Source: Scenedesmus sp. PABB004
Lineage: Eukaryota
Assembly (NCBI GenBank): GCA_014905635.1
Contig: JABVCE010000036.1
Location: 1-64,000 of the forward strand
DNA: 64,000 bases
Reading direction: 5' to 3'
Of this stretch, positions 48,499-59,899 are shown in pieces. The position numbers and the translations under genes are program-made. Within the stretch, counting starts at the first letter, position 1. Every line of letters starts with the position of its first letter. The notes under the pieces were generated by a model that was not told where the DNA came from, searched no databases, and saw only the letters and a program-made list of their open reading frames with translations.

Positions 48499-50269
48499 TC
48501 AGCCGGCGAGCTTTATCACCTCGAGCTCCTCCCGCACCTGCTGCCCCGCGGGCTTGGCGGGGCTGTAGCGGGCGAGCCGCCCCGCCGCCGCCGCTGCGTC
48601 GTGGAAGTGGCCGATCGGCTCGAGCAGCGCGTCGCTCGCGACGTGGGCAAAGAGCGTGCTCGACACGCGCCACAGCGAGCGCCCCGCGCGCCGCGCCTCG
48701 GCGACCGCCGCCAGCGTCGCGTCGCCCACGACGACCTGCGCGCGTCGGGCGCGTCTCGGGCGCGCGCGTCGCGGGCGCGGGCGGGGCGCGGCGGGGTGCG
48801 GCCGGGTCGCACCTCGTGCATACCCGCCGCCACGGCGCCACCGGTCAGCCACTCAAGCTGCTGCCCCGCCTGCAGCAGCAGGCAGCCCTCGGGCACCGCC
48901 ACGGGCAGGCGGGTGCCGTCGGCGAGCCAGACGGCCAGCCCGGGGAAGCGGCTGCGGCCGTGGATGGTCAGGCAGTTGAGGTCGGAGTGGAACCCTGGCC
49001 GGTGTGTGTGTGGGGGGGGGGATGCGGGGTGAGAGCTGCGAGCGGGGCGATGCGCGCAGGGGGCCCGCGGCCCCTCGACCCCGCGCGGCACGCGGCAGCA
49101 GAGCGCCACCCTGCCGAGCCCCCAGCACCGCGGCCGCCGCGGGCGCGGGCGCCTCACCCGCCAGCACCGTGCCGCGCGCGCCGTGCGCGGCGAGGTCGCT
49201 GCCCGTGGGCGCGAGGAGGTGCGGCCCGCCCTCCAGGCGCGACGTGAGCGCGTCGGCCGCCAGGCCAAAGCCCAGCGCGGCCATGGCGGCGACCGTGCGC
49301 ACGGCGCCGAGCAGGCTCGCGCCCCAGCCGTCCATCACGGCCGCCCACCGCCCCGGCGGCAGGCCCCGCGGCACCACGGGCTCGGCGTTGAGCTCGGGGT
49401 AGCCCGTGGCAGGCGGGCGGCCGCCCACGCGCCAGAAGAAGCGCTCCTTCACGTCTGACGGCGCGCCGCGCAGCCGGGCGGGCGGGCGGGTGGGTGGGCG
49501 GGCGGGCGGGTGTCTGAAGGGGGAGGGGGGGGCACGGCGCTGGACACGGCGCGGCGTGCGTGCGTGTGCGGCGTGCGTAGCCCCACGCCGCGGCGCCGCG
49601 CACCCGGCCCCGTGGGCAGCGTGGGCCGGTGCTCCGGCGCGAGCGCTGCGACCGCCGCGGCGCACGCCTCGGGCTCGGCGACGCAGCGCGGGACCTCGAC
49701 GCCCGACGGCGTCGCGCCGACCTGCCGGCGGCGGCGCGGGCGTGCGGGCGGCGGCGGCGCTCGGGCGGCCGCTGCGGCCCTGCACGGCGCGGCGCGGCGC
49801 TGCGCGGCGCGGCGCGGCGGTTTGACCGCGTCACCTGGAACGCGAGCTCCGGCCGCGCGTCGGCGCGCTTGTCGTCCGCGCTGCGGCCAAAGTAGGCCTC
49901 GAGCTCGTCCAGGAACTCGTCGTTCGCGGCCGCCGGCACGCGCGGGTCGCGCACGAGCAGGCAGCCGGTCGCCGCGAGGCAGGCCGCGAGCGCGGCGCAC
50001 TGCTGCCGCACCTCCGCGCCCGGCGCCCGCCCGGCCCGCTCTGCGTCGAGAAAGGCGGCGAGGTCGAACACCGGCAGCGCCTGCTGCGTGCTGCCCGGCG
50101 GCGGCGGCGGCGGTGCCACCATGCCGAGCATGGGCAGCGCCCGCTGCGTGCCGCCCGCGACGGCGGCGGCGCCGGGCGCGCCGCACGCGACAGCAGCAGC
50201 GCCCGCAGCGGCCGCGCCGGCGCCGGCGCCGGCTCGGGACTGGCTGTGGTTGTGGATCTCGCGCAGCAT
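48499..50269 (-). CDS. 2-oxoglutarate/Fe(II)-dependent oxygenase (IPNS/clavaminate synthase-like), multi-exon
   Basis: LPVFDL, TGCLLVRDPRV, KERFFWRVG, GPHLLAPTGSDL, HSD (HxD) in GFHSDLNCLTIHGRSRFPGL, GMHEV and WRVSST. Confidence 0.88.
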
Positions 50270-50870
50270 GGCACGCCCGTCGGCCGCGGGCGTCGCGGGC
50301 GCGCGCGCTCGGTCGGCGGCGGCGCGGATTCGACTGCGGCGCTGCGGCGCTGCTGCCCGGCGGGCCGCGTGTCCGCAGGGGGCGCGCGGCCGGCTGCTGG
50401 TGCGATCACGAGTGGGTGTGGTTGTGGAGACGGGGGCGTAGCGGAGGCGGCGGCAGCCGAGAGCTCGGGCGCGCGCTTGAACGCGCGCAGTCATGACGTC
50501 CGCCAGCGAAGAACGCCCCCGCCCGGTGAGAGCGGGGCGAACACCCTGTTCGCCCGCAGCTGGCGACGTGCAGTTACACGGCGCCGCCAGGGGTCCACGC
50601 CGCCGCGATCACACGCCGCTCCCGGGCGGCCGGACACTGAGCCTTGCGCGCAGTGCGCAGCAGCGCCGCGCAGTGCAGCGTCAAGCTCAAGCTTGACCTT
50701 GGAGGTGAGGCAGTCCAAGGAGGACGCGCCGTGCCAGGCGCGTCGATCTGTGACTGCCCCAACTCCAAGGCAAAGCCGCACCACTTCCTGGGGCGAGCAA
50801 GAAGAGGGCGGGGCACGCGCGCCAGCCGCGTCGCTCACCGCCGCCGCGCGACGCGCCGCGCTGCCCGGGT

Positions 50871-50985
50871 GCGCGGCGCGGCGCCTGCATCGCCCACTCG
50901 GGCAGCGCGGCGCGGCGCCTGCATCGCCCACTCGGGCAGCGCGGCGCGGCGCCTGCATCGCCCACTCGGGCAGCGCGGCGCGGCG
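50871..50985. repeat. 34-bp minisatellite, 3 copies plus a partial copy
   Basis: Unit gcgcggcgcggcgcctgcatcgcccactcgggca, exact tandem copies. Confidence 0.9.
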
Positions 50986-51137
50986 CGCGGCGACAGTGAG
51001 CGCGACACGGCGGCGGCGGCCACCTGCTGCAGCTCCAAGGGCCCGGGCCGTGGGCGACGGGCGCGCGCGCGCTCGCCTCGGTCTGGAGGTCTGTCGCCGC
51101 CGCGCGCCGACGCCGCCCGTGCTCGGCTGCATGAGCG

Positions 51138-51199
51138 GCTTGACGCCGTGCATGATACCCACCACGGCGCGGGGGTGAAGATCATGCACGGCGTCAAGC
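51138..51199. ncRNA. Candidate pre-miRNA-like hairpin
   Basis: Perfect 19-bp inverted repeat gcttgacgccgtgcatgat (51138-51156) / atcatgcacggcgtcaagc (51181-51199) with a 24-nt spacer. Confidence 0.4.
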
Positions 51200-51955
51200 T
51201 GGTCCACGGCGCGGTGGTGCTGATCCCCCCCCCCCCTCCCGCGGCCGCCGGCGCCACGCACGCGCTGCCCAGGCACCCAGCCGCGGGCGCGCCGCACCTT
51301 GCCCGAGCGCGCGATGCAGGCGTCGGGCGTGCCGTCGTCGCGGGCCGGGCGCCGAGCCGGGCGCCGAGCCGGGCGCCGCAGCGCCGCCGCTGGCCCGGCC
51401 GCTGCGCCGTGCCGCCGCAGCTGCTGCCGCGCTGGCGCCTGCTGGCCGCAGCGGCGCCACGCTCGTGTGCCGGCCGGACAGTCGCGCGGCGCTGCGAGCG
51501 GCGCGCAACGGCGGCGCAGCAACGGCGCCGCGGCAACGGCGCCGCTGCCGCGCCGCTGCCGCCAGCGCGTGCGCCGGGCCGCCGCCTGCTGCCGCACGCT
51601 CCATGTCCATCGAGGGCGCGCCACCGTCTGTGCAGGCACGCGAAAGTGCATGCCCGAAAGCCCTGGACCGCCTGCGCCGCCGCCGGCGCAGCGGCTGCGG
51701 CCGCGGCGGTCGACGGCGTCGCGCCCGCCGCCGGCGGCCGGCGATGCGCTTCACACAGCACGTCTAAATGCCAAACAGGACTGCAGCCCTCGATCCAGCG
51801 TGCAACCGGCTCAGGCGGCAGTGCGGCATGCCGCGCAGCGGGCGGCGGTGCGCTCAGCGCGCTCGCCGAAGGGCCCGGCCGGCCCGCGCCGGCCTCGGCG
51901 GCGCGCGGGGAGGCCCAGGGGGCTCAGCAGAGCATGCACAGGCTTTCTGAACCGC

Positions 51956-51960
51956 AAAAA
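51956..51960 (-). terminator. Pol III oligo-T terminator of tRNA-Arg
   Basis: TTTTT on the minus strand, 7 nt after the tRNA 3' end. Confidence 0.8.
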
Positions 51961-51967
51961 GCATCGA

Positions 51968-52040
51968 CAGCCTAACCAGGACTCGAACCTGGAGCCTTCT
52001 GATCCGAAGTCAGACGCGCTATCCATTGCGCCACTAGGCC
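51968..52040 (-). tRNA. trnR-UCG: tRNA-Arg (anticodon TCG)
   Basis: GGCCTAGTGGCGCAATGGATAGCGCGTCTGACTTCGGATCAGAAGGCTCCAGGTTCGAGTCCTGGTTAGGCTG is a 73-nt cloverleaf with A and B boxes and anticodon arm TCTGA-CT TCG GA-TCAGA. Confidence 0.97.
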
Positions 52041-52068
52041 GAAGAAGGCCCTTCCCCGGAAACTATTT

Positions 52069-52079
52069 GGTATATAAAC
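52069..52079 (-). promoter_or_regulatory. TATA-like element about 30 nt upstream of the tRNA
   Basis: TTTATATA on the minus strand inside an AT-rich island, at the position typical of plant/algal tRNA genes. Confidence 0.6.
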
Positions 52080-52619
52080 ATAATCGCTCAAATGCCGGCC
52101 AGGACAAGCGCCAAATGCCGCGATTTGTGGCCCCCCTGGAAGCCCGGGGCGCCCCGGGTCCGCGCCGAGGGCGTCCTAGCCGTCCACGCCGCGTTTTGGG
52201 CCAGTTTACAAGCAATAAAGGAAAGGAAGGAAAAGGCATGAACGCCCGAAGCGGCGAGGCGGCGAGGCGCACCCCCCCCCCCAGCCACAGGCCGGCAGCG
52301 GCAGCGGCTGTCGTGCATTGTCCCCCCAGGCCCACCACCAACGCATGCATTGCCGCCAACGCCGCAGCGCGCCGATCCCACGCACGCCCCACGCTCGAGG
52401 CGTCATGGTGTGTCCCCCGGGCCCCGCCCTGCAACCAACCAAAGCCCCCTAACCCAGTTTGTGCCGGGCGGGCACACAAAGCAATGCAGCCACGTCCGTT
52501 GGGGGAGGGGGGCGACAACTGCGGTGAGGCGCCGCCGTGCAGTTCGTTCGTTCGTTCCGCCCGTCGGCGGCGCCTGCCCGGGCGCGCGGCGCCCGCGAGC
52601 CCTCTCTGCCGCCGCCGAC

Positions 52620-54489
52620 CTAAACCAGGCCGAGGGCCAGCCACACGAGCGCCGACACCACCAGCAGCACGTGCAGCGCCATGAGGCTCGGCGGCAGACC
52701 CGCCGCACCCGCCGCGCCCACCGCCGCGGCGGCGGCCTCGCGCGGCCGCAACGCGGCGAGCCCGCCGTCGCAGTGCCAGCCGCCGGCCGGCGTGCCGTCC
52801 TCGGCGTCGCTGCCGCTGCCGCCGTCGCTGACGTCGCTGCCGTCGGGCGGCAGCGGCGACGGCGGCGGCGCGCCGTCGCGCGCCTTGGCGCCGGCGCGCG
52901 CCGCGCCGCGCCGCCGCTCCCGGCGGGGCGCGAGCCGGGGGCCGTCGCACGCGCGGCGCCCGCACGCCGCGCAGCGCCGGGCGCCGCCGCGCGGCGCGGC
53001 GCTGCCGTCGCTGTCGCTGCTGCTAGCGCTGGGCGGTGCGCCTCCGGCGCGGCCGCCGGCGTCGGCGCCGCTCGCGCGGCGGCGGCGCGGCGCGGCCGCG
53101 CCGCCCGCCCCCTGCAGGCGCTGCAGCCAGGCCAGGCGGGCGCGGGCCTCGAGCACGTACAACACCGCCGACGGCAGCGCCGCGCCGAGCACAAACGTGA
53201 GCCAGCGCAGCGCGCGCGTGCAGCAGCAGCCCCCCGCGGCGCCGGCGCCAAACAGGGGCCCGCCGCCGCCCGCGGCGAGCGCGCGCGCGCGGCGCGCGCG
53301 CGCGCGCCGCCGCCGAGCAGCAGCGCGGCCCACAGCGCGCGCGCGCCGGCCGCCACGGCGGCGAGCGCGGGCGCGGCGCCGGCCGGCAGCGTCGCGCAGA
53401 CCACGGGGCTCAGCCGCGACCAGTATGCCGCCAGGAAGGCGGCCGTCGCGCCCACGTGCTGCGGCCAGGCGAGTGGGAAAGCACACCCGTACCAGAGCAG
53501 GCCTGCGGGGCAAAGGGCGCGTGGCGGCAGGATTGGGGGGGGGGGGGGGGGGGAGGTGGAGGGGAAGTCGCCGGGGCGGCGCCGGGGCGGCGCCCGGGGC
53601 GCCGGCCCCCGGCGCCGGCCGCGCTGCCGCTCCCGGCGCCGGCCCCCGCCGGTGGCGCCGCCGCCGCCGCCGCGCACCGATGACGCCGCTGCGCCAGGCG
53701 AGCGCTGAGAGCGCGCTCTCCGTCGCCGCGCCGGGCCGGCCCACGCCGCAGCCGGCGTAGCCGCGGCTCGTCTCAGCCAGGTAGTAGGCGCGCAGGCACA
53801 GCGTGATGGACCCGCGGTGCCTGAGCCCGCCGCGGGCGGCGGCGGGCGCGCGGACGCGTCGGCGGCGAGGACCCGCAGCAGGCTGCGCCCCGGCGCTGCT
53901 GCGCCCTGCGGCTGCTGCGCCCGCGGCGGCGGCGGCGGCGGCTGCACGCGGCGGCGGGCGGCGCCGCCGCACCGCTCGTAGGTCGCCTCCGGCAGCAGGG
54001 CGAGCAGCGCGGCGTGCGCCGCGGGGCCGGCCCAGGACATCACGATCAGCGCGCCGCAGGTGTTGAGCTGCTGCGCGTCCGCGTGGGGGCCGGGCGGCGC
54101 GAGCAGCTCCTTGACCGTGTAGATGGCGGTGCCCGCGGCGACCATCGCCAGGTACACACGGGCCGCCTGCCCGTCGTGCACGCGCGCCCTGCGCGGCGGC
54201 GGCAGCGGCGGCGGCGGCGGCGGCAGCAGCGAGTCGCTCGCTGCAGCAGCGAGCGTCTCGCGACAGACAGCACCGCCGCGGCAGCACCGGCGGCGGCGCG
54301 ACAGCACCGCCGCGGCAGCACCGCCGCGCCGCTGCTGCCGCCGCGGGCGCTGCAGCGCGATGATGCGCTCCCTGGCCTGCGCGTCGCCCACCTGAAGTTC
54401 TGCTGCGCCACCCAGCTGGCCTCCAGCGAGCGGTCGGAGAACCGCAGGCTCGCCAGGGAGAGCGGAGCGGCGGGCGGAGCGGCGGCCAT
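52620..54489 (-). CDS. Hypothetical multi-pass membrane protein
   Basis: LRFSDRSLEASW N-terminus, several TM exons (VYLAMVAAGTAIY; GLLWYGCAFPL; WLTFVLGAALPSAVLYVLE..R.AWL) and a C-terminal TM. TGTAA at 52206-52210 on the minus strand. Confidence 0.6.
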
Positions 54490-54749
54490 TCTGCCGCCGC
54501 CCCCAAGGGCGCTGCGCGGGCTGTGCGGCCGCCGCGAGCCAGCCCGCAGGCCGGGGGTCTCGATCGGTCGATCGGGTGGCGGGAGGGCGGCGGCGCGGCG
54601 GCGGTGCGCAGCAGAGCCCCGGCGGTTCCAACGGCGCCGCTGGCTGGGGCACGCGTGCGGCACGCCCGCAGCGGCGGCAGCAACGCGGCGCCCTGCCCCT
54701 CCTGCTCTAGGCAAAGAATGCGCCCCGCCGCGCCCGCTGCAGCGCCGGG

Positions 54750-57700
54750 TCACCGCCGCCGGCCCGCCGCCGCTCTGCTGCTGCCGGCCCTGCCCGCAGC
54801 GCCCTCGCCCGCGTCCTGCTGCTTCGCCGCCGCGTCGCCGCCGTTGGCCGCGGTGCCGTTGGCCGCGCCGCCATCGGCGGCGAGGTCCGCGGAGCGGTCC
54901 GCGGCGATGCAGTGCCTGCGGGGCGGCCGGGCGTGAGGCGCGGGGCAGTCGGGCGCGGCGCGCGGGCGGCTGAGATGCCGCGTGCGTCCCTGCGCCGCCG
55001 CGCTCCCCCCCCTCAACACACGGCCGCGCTGCCTCTCCCCCCGCCGCCGCCGCGCCCTCCCCCGCGCACATGGCCAGGATCTCCTGCGTCGCCGCCTTGG
55101 CGCGCCGCGTCGCCAGCACGACCTGCGCGCGGCCGCCGCAGCGCGGGCGCGCGGCGCGCGTCTCAGCGTGCGCGCGTGTGCGCGCGTGCCAGGGCGTGGC
55201 GGCGTGTGGCGTGTGTGGGGGCCGCACCTTTTGGTTGTAATCGAGGTCAAAGTGCAGGTAGGGCTCGTCGCAGCCGTCCACGAGCGCCGCGAGCTCCGCC
55301 ACGTTGCGCACCTTGACGCCGTTCAGCGCGACGACCTGGGGGCGCGTGCGCGGGGGTGCACGCGGGGGCGCCGTTGGCGCACGCGCGCGCGCGCGCGCGC
55401 GCGCGTGCGACCCCCCGCCTGCTGCGCGCCCCGGCGCAGCTGCCCTCCCCTCGTCACCCCCCCCCCCCCCCACACACACACACCCACCCACCCACCCACC
55501 CACCCACCTGTGTGTTGAGCATGTCCTCGTACCCGATCGTCACGTCCGACGCCAGCACCTGAACCCCCGGGGGGGGGGCAGGGGTGCGGGCGCGCATGTG
55601 AGGCAGGGAGAGGGAGCGAGGGAGAGGGAGGGAGCGAGGGAGCGAGGGAGCGAGGGAGCGAGGGAGCAGGGGGCGGGGCGGCCGTGTGTGTGCGCTGCGT
55701 CGCGTGTCGCACCTGGCTGAGCAGCACCACCTGCTGCCCGGGCGCCTCGGCCATGCCGTGCATCAGCTTGTCCAGCAGCTTCACCTGGTGTTGGGGGGGG
55801 GAGAGGGGGGCGGAGAGGGGGTGTAAAGGGGGGTCGAGGGACGGAGGGGCGTCGGGGGGGGGGGGGGCGCCGGGCGACGGCGGCCCGCCCCCCGGCGGGC
55901 GTCGTCCTCACCGGCGCGTCAAAGTCGTACTCCTTGCCATACTCGCTGACACGGGGGGGGGGGGGGGGCAAGGGGGGTGGGGCGGGCGGGGGTGAGGCGG
56001 GGGTGAGGGCAGGGACGGGGGAGAGAGAGGGGAGCAGTGCGGCTGCGCCGCGCGGCCGCGCCGCCGCCCCGCCCACCCTCCCTCCCGCCCCCGTACCCAC
56101 CCACCCCACCCACCCCCACGCCCGCCCGTCCCCACGCGCGCCCGCCCACCTGCGCAGGTAGGGCACCGACGCGGGCGTGAAGACGAGGCCGGCCACGATG
56201 AAGTAGCTCGGCGGCGCGCCGCGCGTGTGAAAGGGGACCAGCTTGACCGGCGGGCCCAGCCCCACGACCACCGTCACCTCGCGCCCGCCCTTGAGCAGCC
56301 GTAGCTCGGCGCTCTCGTTGGTGTACTTCTGCGCGCGTGCGTGTGTGCGTGCGTGTGCGTGCGTGCGTGCGTGTGTGCGTGTGTGCGTGCAGCAGGGGCG
56401 TGGGAGCCGATCCTGCCCCTCACACACACACACTCCACACACTCCACTCAGCCCACAGTCAACCCACACTCCACACACTCTCAGCCAACCCACACACACA
56501 CAGTCCGCCCTCCCCCCTTCAGCACCTGTGAGACGAGGTAGCTGAAGCTGATGCGCTCGCCGCTGCGGAAGGGCACCGTGCCGTCGCAGGCGATGTCGAC
56601 GCCGTCAAAGCTGAGCAGGATGTCGTAGGGGGACACAGACGCCGTGAGCGGCGCGGTCGGCTCCACGCGGCGCACGAGCACGCCCTTGTGGTGCGGCTGA
56701 TGCGCGCGTGCGCGTGCAAGCGCGGGGGAGGGGGAGGGTGGCCGCGGGCGGGCGGGCGTGGAGGAGGTCGCGGGAAGGCGGCGGCGGGGCGCCTGCGGCG
56801 CGCGCGCGCGCGCGCGCGCGCGGCGAGCGCCACAGGCCCCCCCTGGCAGGTGGCGTCAACACACCTTCATTTTGAGCGCGGTGCGCATGTCTGGGTTCTC
56901 CAGCTTCTGCCACTCCACGCCGAGGCAGGGGAAGCCCGTGTACGCGCCTGTGGGTGGGTGGTGTGGGAGGGTGGTGTGGGTGGCTGGGTGGGTGGTGTGG
57001 GAGGGAGGGAGGGGGGTTGAGCGCTGCCGCGGCCTCGCCCGAGAGAGGCCGCGGGAGACGGGCGAGGCGCGGCGGCGGCGGACCCCACAAACGCACGAAG
57101 CCCCCCCCCTCACCGTTGCGCTCGTAGTCGTTGATGAAGTGAGCGATGACCGGCTCCGGGCTGCACGTGGCACGGGGCGGGCGGGCGGGTGTGTGGCGGC
57201 ATCGGCATCAGCGGCTGCTGGGAACGGCGGCAGGGCGCCGCCCCGCGCCGCGTGCGGTCGCCCCGTGCTGCCTTTTAGGCTCCTCACATGATGTATCCGA
57301 TGTTCTCGGCGTCCTCGTGCTTGAGGCTCTGAAAAGCGATGCCGATGCACGCCCCCGCCTTGTTGAACGCAGGCCCGCCGCTGTTTCCAGAGTTGATCTG
57401 GGCGCGCGCCACCACCCCGCATCAGTGGCGGACGCGGCGGCGGCGGCGCAGCGCGGCGGGCAGCCAGCGGGCGCGCAGCGCGCAGCCGCGCGCGCAGCGC
57501 AGCCGCGCGCGCAGCCAGCCCGCGGCCGCACCGCGGCGTCAATCTGGATGCCCAGCAGCTCCGCCGCGCCTGCGGCAGGCACGGGCAGGCGCGGGACGGC
57601 GCGGGCGAGCGCGGGCGGGCGCGGGCGGGCGCGGGCGCGGGCGGGCGCGGGCGGGTCAGCCGTCGTGCAGGCGCGGCGGCGGCGGCGGCGCGGACGGGGG

Positions 57701-59383
57701 CGGTGCGCGCCGGCACGCGCGGCGCCGGCCGCGCCCTGGCAGGCCGCCGCGCCCTGGCAGGCCGGCGCGCCCTGGCAGGCCGGCGCGCCCTGGCAGGCCG
57801 GCGCGCCCCGCCGCCCAGCAGCTCCGCCGCACCGTGGACGTAGGAGGTGACCTCGATGCGGCTCACCACGCCGCTGGTCACGCTCATGGTGTCGCCTGGT
57901 GGTGAGGGGGGGGGGGTGGAGGGTGTGGGCGGGGCGAGGCCAGCGGCGGTGGCGGCGCGGGCGCGCCGCGGCCGAGGGTCGTGGCGCGGCGGCGCGCGGC
58001 GGCGCGCGGCGCGGGGGCGGCGCACCGCCGATGGGGTAGCCGACGACCGTCACGCCCTCCTGCGCGCGGGGCGGGGAGGGGCGGGCGGGGGCGCGTGGGC
58101 GGGCGCGCGCGGCCGGCGCGGCGCGCCGGCCGCGCGCGCGGTGGCGCGCCTGGAGGCGCGGCAGCGTGCCGAAGACCACGGGTGACACGTCCTCCCAGAA
58201 CGCGTCGTCCTCCACCGTCAGCATGGCTGGCCACACACGGCGCGGCGCGGGGCGCGGCGGCGCGGGCGCGGGGGGCGCGGGGGCGGCGGTGGGCCGCGGC
58301 GCAGCCCGCGGGCGCTGCCGCGCGCGCGCCTGCCGGGCGCGCCGGCGCGGGACCCCGCTGCGCGCCCGCGCGCCGCCCTCGCCCGTGCGCGCCGCACCGA
58401 TGTCGCACTCGGTGCCGACCGCTAGCACGCTCGCCACAAACTTCTTGTCGCTGCCGCGCCGCTTCACCTTGACCTGCGGCGCGCCGACCGCGGCGGCGGC
58501 GCGCGCTCGGCGTTGCGGTCGCTCGAGCTGCGCCCTCGCGCGCGCCCCGGCTGGCCCCGGCTGGCCCCGGCTGGCCCTTGGCGCTGCGACGGCGGCGGCG
58601 GCGGCGCGCGCCTGCGTGTGGTGGTCCACGCAGTGCGCGTTGGTGAGGATGCGGCGCCCCGCGATCATGAAGCCGCTGCTGCTGCTGCTGGTCTGCCGCT
58701 TGCGCTGCCAGGGGAGGCTGAAGTTGGGCTCCGTGTGGATGCAAAACACCTGACCGCGCCCGCGCCGGCGGCGGCGGCGGCGGCGGGTCGGCCGCGCGGC
58801 GCGGGCGGGCGACGGCGCCCGCGGCCGCCGCGCGGGCAGCAGCGCCCGCAGCTGACCTTGACCACGGCCTCCATGATGGCGTCGCTGTCGGCGCTGAAGC
58901 CGCCCTCGCGCGGCTGGAAGCCGCCGAGCTTGGGCCCCGGCGTGGCGCCGTCGTCGCCCGCCGCCCCCGCGCTCGTCGTGCCGCCGCCCCCGTGCGGCGC
59001 GTGCCGCGCCCCCGCCGCGCGCCGCCCTCCTCGGCCGCGGCCTCGCTGGCCACCGCGCCCCGGCCGCGCGGCGGCTTGCGCGCGTGCCCCCCGTCGAGCT
59101 CCGGGCCGCCGCTGTCGCCCGGCGCGGCGGCCTCCATGGGGCTCGTTTCCGTGTCCTGCGCGGTCGCGGGCGCGGGACACAGGGCGTGAGCGGGCGTGAG
59201 CGGGCGCGCGGCGCGCGCAGGGCCCCGGGCGCCGCGGGAGGCTGCTCGGCGGCCAGTGATGGCGGCCAGCTCGCGCCAGGCAGCCCCTGCCGCCGCGCTG
59301 CCGCGGCCACGCATGTGGAACGGGTGCCAGGATCCCACCTCCGGCTCCGCAGCAGCAGCGCGGGCCTTCTTTCGGGGAGGCAT
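54750..59383 (-). CDS. DEG9: Deg/HtrA serine protease, DEG9-like, with PDZ domains, many exons
   Basis: [23 protein letters not shown]; catalytic His (LTNAHCV), Asp (TECDIAML) and Ser (INSGNSGGP); PDZ region [34 protein letters not shown] and [11 protein letters not shown]. Basic N-terminus MPPRKK. Confidence 0.92.
57725..57808. repeat. 18-bp tandem repeat (gccggcgcgccctggcag), about 4.5 copies, in a DEG9 intron
   Basis: Read directly from the sequence. Confidence 0.85.
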
Positions 59384-59899
59384 TGCTGCTGCTGCTCCCA
59401 GGCGCCGCGCAGGCGGACGGGGCCCCTGCGGAAGCGCTGCGAGCTGGGACGATGACTTTTACTAGTACTACCGTCGCTGGAGAGTGCGCGCGGCCGGCCG
59501 CCGCCGCCGGCGTGCGCGGGGCGCAGCGCGGCGCCGCGCTGCGCCCTTTGTCGCGACACGCCGACGCGACGCCTGGTGCGCCGAGCCCGCCTGCACTCCC
59601 GCGCACACAAGCGCCGCGCCACGCCTGCGCGATCGCGCAGCGGCGGCCGCGGTGGGCAACCGCTGCTGCCGCTGCAACCGCGGCAACCGCTGCTGCCGGC
59701 GCCCATGCACCCGCGCCGCGCCGCCGCCGGCCGCGCGCGCGGGCCCGGGACGGCAGCTGCAGGCGCAGCGGCACGCGGGGCAACAGCGCGGCTGCGCCGC
59801 GGCGCCGGCGCGGGCGGGCGTGGCGGCGGGCCAGCCGCGAGCGCGGGCGCGGCGCCGCCTGGCGACGCCGCCGGCGCGCGCGGCCGCGGGCGCAGCGGC

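Larger units (their letters stand above)
50574..51610 (-). other. Possible spliced transcript, either a degenerate coding gene or a non-coding host
   Basis: Minus-strand donor AAG|GTGCGG near 51298, acceptor near 51091, donor CAG|GTGGCC near 51023, pyrimidine-rich acceptor near 50788, and TGTAA at 50574-50578. No convincing protein family. Confidence 0.3.

Noticed and set aside
50871..50985. 34-bp repeats as a CRISPR array
   Set aside because: The copies are contiguous with no spacers, there are no cas genes, and the context is eukaryotic.
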